64,000 bases of DNA from a virus. Below, piece after piece: positions 51,401-59,991 of this stretch (the first letter of the stretch is position 1; each line of letters starts with the position of its first letter). Where the stretch lies: IMG/VR virus record IMGVR_UViG_3300026518_000008, positions 29,164-93,163 of that record; one strand, given 5' to 3'. Made by a program: the position numbers and the translations under genes. The notes under the pieces were generated by a model. The model saw only the letters and a list, made by a program, of their open reading frames with translations. It was not told the origin of the DNA and searched no databases.

Positions 51401-52457
51401 GTGAGTGTTCGCTACTATTTAGATAGTGCCATAGTGCTTCGGCTTGTCTATATTCAGCTTTATAGTTTATATTCACATCTGACATCAGCATCTCTGGAGT
51501 TATATACTTCATTGTTTTTCGTCTTAGTTTTATTAGTTCTGTTTTTATATGCTTTATTCCAGGTATATCACTTGCTAGAGCATATCCTATTGCCCCATGT
51601 CCTAATTCATGAGCATATGTTTCTGCTGCAGATTTCGTTCCATTTATTACAGGTCTTTCTTGAGTTAGCGAGAGATATATCCCTGGTTCTGAGTCGACTC
51701 TTATTGCACCTTTATTTTGTACTTGGATTGGATTATTGTCTATCATTACTGGCATATTTGGTATTACTTTTGATAGCATTGACGTCATATTCGATACGAA
51801 TTCTCGCAGATACTTCTCATGAGATTCATTTTCTCCAGTGCTGTCTAGTTCTATTAACTTGTCCATTACTTTATTCAACTTCTCTGGATCATTTATGTAT
51901 TCACTATTCAGTATTGTATCGAATGTTGTGTCGTGCACCCATCCAGTTCCGTCTTGACTTGGATCCGACATTCTAAATCTTTTTAGATCTTCTATATTCC
52001 ACTGAGATTTTGCACCATTTTTCCCATATCCATTTGAGTCTACATGTATATTTTTCTTTTTTCCACCAGGAGTTACATAGTCTATTTCGTATCCACCATC
52101 CATATCAGGTTGCACCATTGTTACCAATTGTACATCTTCACGCTTGTTGTCTCCAGTGTAGTATTGTCTTCTCACAGATATTGCTTCAGGGGCTTCACCG
52201 AGCTTTTCCTCATTCATTATATCTTCTGCTTGTGCATATTCTTCACTTGGGTTATTTCCACGATACATGCTTACACCTTGTTGTGAGGGATTACTATTTA
52301 CCTCACTTACTTGCTTATTCAGAACCAGTGGAGGTAGTTTTTTCATGAGTTCTGCTTTCTTCTCATTTATGTACAGCAGCTCCTCTGGAGTTGCATGTTT
52401 TGCTAATTTTGTCAGTTGGTTCATTGTGTATCTTATCCCGCAGCTTGCATTACTCAT
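48432..52457 (-). CDS. virion protein resembling the C-terminal domain of N4-type virion RNA polymerase, with a zincin-like HExxH motif
   Basis: AHELGH...EEFV; only one Cys; GGAG RBS before ATG 52457, 1 nt after the polymerase stop; homology inferred from position, size and recalled motifs. Confidence 0.65.
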   Translation of the reverse strand: MSNASCGIRYTMNQLTKLAKHATPEELLYINEKKAELMKKLPPLVLNKQVSEVNSNPSQQGVSMYRGNNPSEEYAQAEDIMNEEKLGEAPEAISVRRQYYTGDNKREDVQLVTMVQPDMDGGYEIDYVTPGGKKKNIHVDSNGYGKNGAKSQWNIEDLKRFRMSDPSQDGTGWVHDTTFDTILNSEYINDPEKLNKVMDKLIELDSTGENESHEKYLREFVSNMTSMLSKVIPNMPVMIDNNPIQVQNKGAIRVDSEPGIYLSLTQERPVINGTKSAAETYAHELGHGAIGYALASDIPGIKHIKTELIKLRRKTMKYITPEMLMSDVNINYKAEYRQAEALWHYLNSSEHSLEEFVVHSVTNEKVMKALSEIDVKRDKVDTKGMSIYDTIVEYLHRLISLVLDKAYNIKPGMKGDALAMKLFNELSAANNVAMKKLNENRIGKITTAIDNIQDRFIKWQHKGENAAKRAALTERPSPTAPKWKQMKWIAANWYQLTTNPALTGELTQIMHMFGMKEEGTIQTLMRHFRDIDQYSEKWQKMMLASLQVDKHREDQALTISALITEQFSKKLKNSDKKALYGTIVKGDIGALSEQIGIDEVENILSDDVARRNMAIEIQKKIKDISSNKRKANYYIAQAHGLGKYMLTGKSKKAQHINAEAISKMHGTKYQSRGGETQKQIEILVDQLATLEYIKYTDPSVNQRTAELIKSDGEAVENTIKSTRAGAKRRYEAVGIARYKKGYSRDTLDDFKTVQIASIKDKSRMERNGYTLREKLGKDSWDTSTGEMAIYVNGLHHLQNLNRSTVRFTDDKDGGIGIYEILLKSGDNNIQNKIKQAKAKASMDINSDVESMMNGNAIGILESDNLSRAVYDEYGSLVDMRYEIGTEFKETNLSLKQSIGESVGRIWSHETDMEESRKINQIAFEEMKLDMEENYTGYKAGRNGHNYIKVSKYSNDESIRKIYNALPTDIKKQIDKMEETDEGGNIIYKKGLHVRQDMLLDIFGVRDLSIIDAKGVNMMPRVIKTMIKLAEEIWKEIVAISKVDIIIRTPGVLLNNIISNLMYSVQLGHSPIAIAKLQLDGLKAINEYTKANAEVVKLQAKIDSGIATSAEMKEMMRLKSDMKENAAHELIEEGLYQPIAEDANLEDMKSSSRIVNAMGEKFEGAPEILKFAGNWMFLTEKTWVFKAMMHGTQKSDFVARYAQYYLEQERAQRRFYTKNNRKMNTKELNEMKARLMVNIREAFINYTKPDSALVQYANDMGLAMFTKYAWRIQKVIKDGVTERPVRFLMALLGQELMDETIGYDPDDIAEKSIIVKGPTHLFYMPPIMDTVERTIVPHILRY

Positions 52458-52458
52458 A

Positions 52459-55400
52459 CTATTCTCCACATTTCTTAGCTAGGTTTATATTTTTGCTTTT
52501 CGCTAGTTTTTGTATTATATCTTCTTTCTGCTTACCGTCTACTTGCGTACCTTTAGTTTTGTATCCAGTATTTTCTGTAAATACGAATTGCATTACATTG
52601 AGATTCTGTTTTGCCATATTATCTCTATTGCCTTGTATTTCTTTTGAGCTTTCTTCCATTATGCTGAGATGTTTTGCTACAGATTTTGATTTCCATTTTA
52701 CTTTTTTTCCACTATCGTCTATCCAGAATATTTTCTTTCCGCCAGTTGACTTTAGATTATCTTTTGCATTATCTGAGTTTATTTTTGCCAGTGGATTTAT
52801 TTTCTGCTCATGTGTTCCGTGCTTTTGCATATATTCACTATGTGCGATTATTGACTCTTTTAATGCATTTTTACTAGCTTCATACATGTTATATTGACTA
52901 TTCAGCACGCTGAACCACTTGTTTAGACTTCGTACTGCTGAGTGCATATTTGTCACGCCTCCTACAGCTGCATCGAATACTGGATTGATTCCATCGTTCT
53001 CATTGATTGTCATTGCCATATTTGCACCATCTATTGTCTGAGTTAGTCCTACTGCTGCTGCTGACATTGCTTCTGCTAGAGTTCTCTCTATCGACTGTAT
53101 GTTTATTGATGCTTGTTCTTCTCCTATGAGCTTTACATTTACATCTCTCATATCCTCTCTTGATTTTATCATTGAGTTGAATATTGCCACACCATCTTCT
53201 CTGCTAGTTGATAGTGGTCCAGCTACAATTGGGAATATCGCTCTTATTTCTGGTCTATTTGTTATTTTTTCTAGTTGAGCTATTGATATGTTTCCGCCTT
53301 TGCCTATTTCCATTTCTAGCACTTCCATATACATTCTCATTTGATATTTCGATGCATCATTCATTTGATTACTGTATTCAGCTGCTTGTCCTAGCTCAGA
53401 TTCTAATATCTCCGTGATTGCTTCTCCATATGTACTTCTTACTATTAATTCTAGTCTTTCTGCCAGCGGATACGATAGATTTGATTTGTCGCTATCTATT
53501 GAGTTGTTTCTCAGGAATTCTCTATATTCATTGTGATGACTTTCTGGTATTCCTAGCGAATTCATTATTATTTTTCCTTGCTTGCTTTCATTTACTATAT
53601 CATCTGGTACATTTTTCATCATTACTCTTGCTAGTGATTTTATTATTGAGTTCATTCCAGCTGAGTAGTTAAACGTCATGAACGGATCTTTTAGCAGCTC
53701 TCTCATTGATGAGTCTATTTCATCTACTATCTTTTCTTCGACTACATCAGAACCAGGGATGTAGGGTATTAGTGCATCGAGTTGTTTTTCGAATCCTTCA
53801 TATTCTTCTGTGTCTCCATTCTCTAATCCTTCAGCTCTTCTTTTTTTTATCCATGCTTTACCATTTGCTATTATATCTTTTATTGCTAATAGCTTTTGAG
53901 CAAGTCCTTCGTAACTATCCAGCTGACCAGGTCTTGACAGTATATCATTCGTACTCATCCCTGGTTCTGCATCAGCGTCTACTATTCCTACGCGTTTCTG
54001 CCATTCGCCATCTTCATCTTCTACCATACCTTGTGCTACTTTGATTGCAAATCCATTTGTCTTTCCATCTACTTCTAGCACTAGATTTGTATTGAACTTT
54101 CCATCTTCTTGCATCTGATATGCTTGTACTGCATTTAGTGCTGACATTATATGTCCTAGGTGATCTACTTTTATCTTCACTATTTCATTATTGTGTTTTA
54201 TCCCTATAGATTTTTCTCCAGATTTTATCGCAGACATTACTGTGCTTCGTAGTTTTTTTGCGGGTATGTCTAGTATTTGCTCTGCCAGTTCTTCTCTTTT
54301 TTTTGTTTCGATTCCATCTACTTTTATTCCGAACGCTTGACCTATGCCATAGAGGAATGCTTCTCTATGTTCATTGTTTGACATATCAGCTTCTGCGTAG
54401 CTCTCTTTTCCAGTTACTAGCCATCTTTGTATATGTTTTTGAGATTGAGGATCCAGTATATTGCCATCTAGGAACATTCTATTTGTTTTTGACACGAACC
54501 AGTCGAAATATATTTCATTATCTATTTCTCCAGATTCTATCTTTTGATATACTTCCTCTAGTCCATTCCATTCATTTTCCAGCTGGAAGTTCTTGCCTTT
54601 TTGTGCTTCTATTGTATCATGAGAGTATTTTTTTGATTTTTTCATTTGATCTACATTTTTCCACCCCATTATCTCTAGAGCTTTTTCTTTTCCTATCTCC
54701 ATTAGGTTTTGCATGCCGTTCATATCTATATTGTATTCTTGATTTGTTTGTTTGTTTACAGATTCTTGCATTGCAGGATATACATCAGAGTGAGGATTGT
54801 TTTTTACTTTTGATACATGATTTGTCATATCCTTTTTCTTTGTTCTATATGTTTTTATCATTTTGTCTACGCCAACTTCTGTGTCTAGTCTTTCTAGCTT
54901 TCTTTTTGCTAGCTTTGTCTCTCCTATCATATTGTATTCATCTGATATTTTTACCATAGGCATACTTGCATCTTTATTTATGGCATCTATTTCTTTTTTA
55001 CTTTTTCCTTGTAGTTGAGCTATATATTTTGCATTTACACTGCTTTGACTATGCTGTTTTATTTTACCTAGTGCTCTCATATTTTGGAACACCATCTCGC
55101 CTAGACCTTGTTTTATTGCTATGTAGTCTGCATTTTTTCCATTTGGATTCTGTATTATCCCTAGTTGTTTCATTATTGATTCACCAGCACTATTCGTGAA
55201 ATACTTCAGTGGAATTCCTTGTCCTAGAGTTTCCATTATATCTGCAGTTATATTTTCTTCATTTATACCATAGTAGCTAGCTATATCTTTAGGTCTTGCC
55301 ATTTGTATTCTACTCATGTTATTTGCTAGTATGTCTTGGGTTACTGTTGCTATTGCTCCTACTACATTCCAGTTCAAATCTCCGCTTGCATTATACAGTA

Positions 55401-58400
55401 GTGCTATCGCTGGATTGTCATACAGGGCGAATTTTGGATCTTGTATTTTTACGTCTTTGTTTGGAGTTATTCTTGGAGCAGGTATACTTTGTAGTAGATT
55501 GTTTCCAGTGATTACTGATTCTGACCATATCATACTATTTTCACCATGCTCAGCTATATTTATTGATCCTAGTGATGACTTACTTTTTCCTTCTTTAGTT
55601 GTTATCATATCAGGTATATATATATTTCTAGTCGTACGAATGTAGTTTCCATTTTTATCTTTTATGTATTGTCCATTTTTATCTTTTTCTCTGACAGACA
55701 TAGTTTTTTGTGCATCTCCATAATTATTTATTACTACAGAGTTTAGTCCAGTTGTCTTTTGACTATCTATCAGATCTTGTGTCTTGTACACTTTTCCTAT
55801 TTCTGCTTTGAGCTCTTTGACTCTTTTTATCATCTTGTCACGAGTTTTGAACAGTTTTGGTTTTGACTTTTGTATTGCATCTCTAGTATTTTTATTTGCT
55901 TTTTGTCTTGCATAGTCCATAGCTCGTTTTGAATTTATTGTTGCTTGTTTTTGTTGTATGTCTTTTATTCTTGCATTGATTTCATCTACTATTTTTTGTT
56001 GAGCTTTTGCTTTTTTGAGTATATTTCGTAGTTGTCCAGCTTTATCAGTGAATGCTTTCCATGCTTTATATCTTCCATCTTTTGTGAGCAGATCGTTTAG
56101 ATGTGCATATATCTCTTTTCCTAGTTTTTTTCCTAGTTGCGTTATTCTATCAGCTAGAGTATTGATTGACTTTGATTCATCATTTATTTCATTTGCTTTT
56201 TCTTGATTGAATCCTTTCATCATTCGCTTTGTATGGTTGTCCCATTTTAACATTGCTTTTTTTGCTTGATTCTTTATTGATTTGAGCTTTATTTTTTCTT
56301 TTTCCAGCTTTTTTATTTCAGCTTTATATTCATCGCTCAGCTTTTTTTGCTTTTCTTTGAATTCAGATTTTGCTTCTTTGCTATTTAGTCTTTCATATAT
56401 CTTCTGAGCATCTTCCAATAGTGAGTCTATCTGTGTATTTTTTGACTCTAGAGTTTTTCGTATCACCTCATGCTCTTTTTCTATTTTCTTTTCCAGCTCA
56501 TTTATTTCTTTGATTCTTTCTTCTGCTTTACTTAGTTCTACCTTTGGTTCTTCGGTTGGTTTAGTTTTAGTTTCTGTTTCAGTATCATTATTTGCTTCAT
56601 CTTTTATTTCTGTATTTATATCTGATTTTGTATCTGATTTTGTATCTTGATTGATTACTTCAGAACCAGAGGCACGAGGTATCATTCCAGTTGTGTCGCC
56701 TTCCATCTCTTCTAGCATTGGATTTGATTCTTGAGCAGTTGTTCTACCTTCGTATTTGTATCCCTGGTTCTGAGGTGATACTTCTTTTTTCGCATCATTA
56801 TCTTCTTTGTTGCTTATGTCGAGCTTGTCATGATTTACTGCTGATAGCATTAGGTCTTGCTCTTCTTTTAGTGCATTTATTACATTTTGCACAGAGCTAT
56901 TGCTTGCCCCTATACCTGCAGCCATCATTTGCCTAGTTGCTTCTTTTTTATTTGCAGTGCTTTGTTTTTTGTCAGTGCTATACAGCTCAGAGCTTAGATC
57001 AAGATCTGGAGATATCTTTCCTTCTTCTTGAGCTATTTTCATGTCTCCTATTGTTATAGTTCCATTTTGAGATACATAGTCAGACCCCAGTTGATCATGT
57101 GCTAGATCAGTCAGTGTTTCTCTCGCATTTAGTTGGAATTCTCCTTGATTTTTTCCATATATATCTTGATTTGAATATTGAGTTTTTATCATTGAGTCTT
57201 TAGACAGAGCATGATTGCTTTTATATATATCTATTGCATTTTGTATTTTTGGATTTTTAGACTTTGTTATTTTCATATACTCATATGGTTTTAGTCTATG
57301 TTCTTCTGCCATTGCTATTTGTAGTGCATTCTTATATGGTATTTGAGCTGCTTTTGCGAATGCCACTATATTATCATTCACTACGCTTTTTGCTTCTTCT
57401 TGGGCAGCAATGAGTTTATTGGTCTTATCTTGTTGAACACCAGCGAACCTATGCATTTCAGATTTCCACTTATTCTTTTCGTCTTCAGTTTCTGACTCCA
57501 TCATATTTTTATAGTAGTCAATATATCCTAGTCTATTTTCTCTTTTGAATCCATCAACTTCTACACGTTTTCCTACTTGTCTCATATCTTCTCTTAGGCC
57601 GACATATTTTTTTGCCATCTCCACAGAATTGTTGTATTCTTCTTCTTTCATACCGTTTTTTAGTGCGAACGATTTAAACTCATCCGTATCTATACTTTTT
57701 AGCTCTTCTCTTGTTCCCATTCCTAGCATTGCTTTACGTATTATATTGTCTGTTTCTCTAGGAGTTGCACCTTTTAGTATTTTGTTTATTTCTTCATAGT
57801 CTCCATGTGCAGTATTGTATGCAGCTTCTGCAACATATGGCATTGTTACACTATTGTCTACTCTATTTTTTATTCTGAGTAGTGCATCTTTTTCTGGACC
57901 ATCTTCCATTGCTACTATTTTTTGTTTGAGCTCTCTACTCTTTTTGAATCCCTCTAGTGGATCAGTTTGCCCAATAGATTCCATATCATATATATCTTTT
58001 CTTGTCTGATTTCCTAGATTTGACATTTGTAGATTGTCATCTTCTTCTATTGTTTGAGTATTTATTGCTGCTTGAGCTTGTTCTTCATTGTATTTTTCTC
58101 TTTCTTCTTGATTCATATTTGCTATCTTATCTTCTTGTGCATTTTTCTTTTTTTTGTCATTCATGTCTTTAACTGCTGGTATTACTTCTGCACCACCAGA
58201 TATTATTGCACCTGGACCCATTGCTGCTCCGAATGATTGGAACATCTCTCTTCCTAGTGTTCCATCGTAGAGTTCTTTTTCTGCATTTGTTCCAAATTTT
58301 TCACTGAATGATTGCACTATCTGCTGAGCTGTTTCAGTTATGCCTTCATATCCAGCCTTGCCAGATACCTTGAGTGCTTTTTGTGCGAATGTTTTTACTA

Positions 58401-59934
58401 GAGCTTTTGCCGACTTCTCTGTTCCATTTTCTATTACATTTCCTATTAGCTTTTGGACATAGTTTGTGTTTCCTATTAGCTCGTCTACACCTATTTTTTC
58501 TAGCCCCATTTGTAGAGCAGCTCCTACGCCAGCTTGCAGTCTTTTTAAATAGCCTATATCTGATTTACTTGTGTTTTTTTGTACTTCAGACATTGATTCA
58601 TTTGCCATACCTATTGTGGTTATTGCCATTCCGACTGGATTTCTTGTAGCTATCATATATACTGCACTTTCAGCAGCCCATTCTGGCCCTGCAGTTATCA
58701 TACCTTTCACTAGAGATCCTGCAGCATTCATAATATTTTCTGTATTTGGATTTTCAATCATTTTGTCATATGATTTTCCTAGGTCTTCTGTTGCTAGATT
58801 TGTTCTTGTATTATCATATCCATATTCTTGTGGAGTTTTATATTTGTCAGCCCATATAAAATCTCCATTTTTGACATATCCTTTTAATTCTTTATCCAGT
58901 ATTGCGTTTCTTTCTGCTTCAGTTCTATTTGGGTTATATACTTCATCAATATTTTTTCCTATCCTTATACCAGCATCAACTATTGCATCTCCGAATTCTG
59001 CTGCAGTTCTTCCTACGCCGAATTGTAGAGCATCTACTAGATTGCCTACCCTTGAACTACTTTGTACAGTATCTTTGAGCTGCATTTGTCTTAATTGCTC
59101 ATCCGTGTACCCTGACATACTCCCTGCGTTGTTTACTTCAGAACCAGGGATGTTGTTTCTTGCTTTATCTGGAGTAAGATTCATTCTAGGATCTATTGCA
59201 TGTTCTTGAGTTACATTTTCTCCAGCATTATTTCCTAGGCTTGCCATACTTCTGTTTGATCCAGATGCTAGCCCTTGATATAGGTTTGATTGTATTGGTA
59301 TGTCTAGAGGTATATATTGTTTTTGCCCATATTCATCCACAGTATTTCCAGTTAGATTCACTGGTTCTGCATTAGGTATGAATGGTGCCATCCATCTTTC
59401 TGTTCCAGCATCTTCTTTTGTTCTTGCTAGGTCTGATAGCTTTTGTATTGTTTGCATATTTGAGACATCAGACAGATCTTGATTCGTTACTTGGTCTATC
59501 GGCTTGCCTACTATGTCTGCTACTTGTTGTAGCTGTCCAGTTTTCCATCTACTTTTTGCTATCTCTTCTTTTGGAGTGTTGCTTCTTTCTGTTGTTATAT
59601 CGTATGTTCCATCTTTATTTTTATTATATAGATAGTGATATCCCTCTATTGCATCATAGTCATATGCATTTGGAGCAGTCACTTCCCTAGTTGATTTTCT
59701 TCTTTCTCCATCTATCTCTTGACTCTTTAGATATGGAGTATCTGCATCTGTCATCCCAGTCAGAGTATCTGGAGTCCAATTTGCTTTAGTCCTATCTGCA
59801 TCTGTCGCCAGAGCATCTACTTTTGATTTATTTAGGTTTTGTGCTTTTGATGATGATACTGGTGCTTCATTTAGAGCATCAATTGTCGTATCTACATTTC
59901 TTTGTAGGAGTTGTGCCAGAGAGTAATTTGCCAT
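52459..59934 (-). CDS. virion-encapsidated single-subunit RNA polymerase (N4 vRNAP-like), 2491 aa
   Basis: NRM...DPQ; motif A LEVDGKTNG; motif B RELLKDPFMTFNYSAG; IDG; motif C PVFDA; one Cys in the whole chain. Confidence 0.9.
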   Translation of the reverse strand: MANYSLAQLLQRNVDTTIDALNEAPVSSSKAQNLNKSKVDALATDADRTKANWTPDTLTGMTDADTPYLKSQEIDGERRKSTREVTAPNAYDYDAIEGYHYLYNKNKDGTYDITTERSNTPKEEIAKSRWKTGQLQQVADIVGKPIDQVTNQDLSDVSNMQTIQKLSDLARTKEDAGTERWMAPFIPNAEPVNLTGNTVDEYGQKQYIPLDIPIQSNLYQGLASGSNRSMASLGNNAGENVTQEHAIDPRMNLTPDKARNNIPGSEVNNAGSMSGYTDEQLRQMQLKDTVQSSSRVGNLVDALQFGVGRTAAEFGDAIVDAGIRIGKNIDEVYNPNRTEAERNAILDKELKGYVKNGDFIWADKYKTPQEYGYDNTRTNLATEDLGKSYDKMIENPNTENIMNAAGSLVKGMITAGPEWAAESAVYMIATRNPVGMAITTIGMANESMSEVQKNTSKSDIGYLKRLQAGVGAALQMGLEKIGVDELIGNTNYVQKLIGNVIENGTEKSAKALVKTFAQKALKVSGKAGYEGITETAQQIVQSFSEKFGTNAEKELYDGTLGREMFQSFGAAMGPGAIISGGAEVIPAVKDMNDKKKKNAQEDKIANMNQEEREKYNEEQAQAAINTQTIEEDDNLQMSNLGNQTRKDIYDMESIGQTDPLEGFKKSRELKQKIVAMEDGPEKDALLRIKNRVDNSVTMPYVAEAAYNTAHGDYEEINKILKGATPRETDNIIRKAMLGMGTREELKSIDTDEFKSFALKNGMKEEEYNNSVEMAKKYVGLREDMRQVGKRVEVDGFKRENRLGYIDYYKNMMESETEDEKNKWKSEMHRFAGVQQDKTNKLIAAQEEAKSVVNDNIVAFAKAAQIPYKNALQIAMAEEHRLKPYEYMKITKSKNPKIQNAIDIYKSNHALSKDSMIKTQYSNQDIYGKNQGEFQLNARETLTDLAHDQLGSDYVSQNGTITIGDMKIAQEEGKISPDLDLSSELYSTDKKQSTANKKEATRQMMAAGIGASNSSVQNVINALKEEQDLMLSAVNHDKLDISNKEDNDAKKEVSPQNQGYKYEGRTTAQESNPMLEEMEGDTTGMIPRASGSEVINQDTKSDTKSDINTEIKDEANNDTETETKTKPTEEPKVELSKAEERIKEINELEKKIEKEHEVIRKTLESKNTQIDSLLEDAQKIYERLNSKEAKSEFKEKQKKLSDEYKAEIKKLEKEKIKLKSIKNQAKKAMLKWDNHTKRMMKGFNQEKANEINDESKSINTLADRITQLGKKLGKEIYAHLNDLLTKDGRYKAWKAFTDKAGQLRNILKKAKAQQKIVDEINARIKDIQQKQATINSKRAMDYARQKANKNTRDAIQKSKPKLFKTRDKMIKRVKELKAEIGKVYKTQDLIDSQKTTGLNSVVINNYGDAQKTMSVREKDKNGQYIKDKNGNYIRTTRNIYIPDMITTKEGKSKSSLGSINIAEHGENSMIWSESVITGNNLLQSIPAPRITPNKDVKIQDPKFALYDNPAIALLYNASGDLNWNVVGAIATVTQDILANNMSRIQMARPKDIASYYGINEENITADIMETLGQGIPLKYFTNSAGESIMKQLGIIQNPNGKNADYIAIKQGLGEMVFQNMRALGKIKQHSQSSVNAKYIAQLQGKSKKEIDAINKDASMPMVKISDEYNMIGETKLAKRKLERLDTEVGVDKMIKTYRTKKKDMTNHVSKVKNNPHSDVYPAMQESVNKQTNQEYNIDMNGMQNLMEIGKEKALEIMGWKNVDQMKKSKKYSHDTIEAQKGKNFQLENEWNGLEEVYQKIESGEIDNEIYFDWFVSKTNRMFLDGNILDPQSQKHIQRWLVTGKESYAEADMSNNEHREAFLYGIGQAFGIKVDGIETKKREELAEQILDIPAKKLRSTVMSAIKSGEKSIGIKHNNEIVKIKVDHLGHIMSALNAVQAYQMQEDGKFNTNLVLEVDGKTNGFAIKVAQGMVEDEDGEWQKRVGIVDADAEPGMSTNDILSRPGQLDSYEGLAQKLLAIKDIIANGKAWIKKRRAEGLENGDTEEYEGFEKQLDALIPYIPGSDVVEEKIVDEIDSSMRELLKDPFMTFNYSAGMNSIIKSLARVMMKNVPDDIVNESKQGKIIMNSLGIPESHHNEYREFLRNNSIDSDKSNLSYPLAERLELIVRSTYGEAITEILESELGQAAEYSNQMNDASKYQMRMYMEVLEMEIGKGGNISIAQLEKITNRPEIRAIFPIVAGPLSTSREDGVAIFNSMIKSREDMRDVNVKLIGEEQASINIQSIERTLAEAMSAAAVGLTQTIDGANMAMTINENDGINPVFDAAVGGVTNMHSAVRSLNKWFSVLNSQYNMYEASKNALKESIIAHSEYMQKHGTHEQKINPLAKINSDNAKDNLKSTGGKKIFWIDDSGKKVKWKSKSVAKHLSIMEESSKEIQGNRDNMAKQNLNVMQFVFTENTGYKTKGTQVDGKQKEDIIQKLAKSKNINLAKKCGE

Positions 59935-59962
59935 AGGTTTTTCCTCGAGTTATATTATGGAT

Positions 59963-59971
59963 ATTATACCA
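59963..59971 (-). promoter_or_regulatory. extended -10 promoter
   Basis: Minus-strand TGGTATAAT about 30 nt upstream of the vRNAP start, followed by a GAGGA RBS. Confidence 0.6.
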
Positions 59972-59991
59972 CAATACCTTGAGGACTGGCT

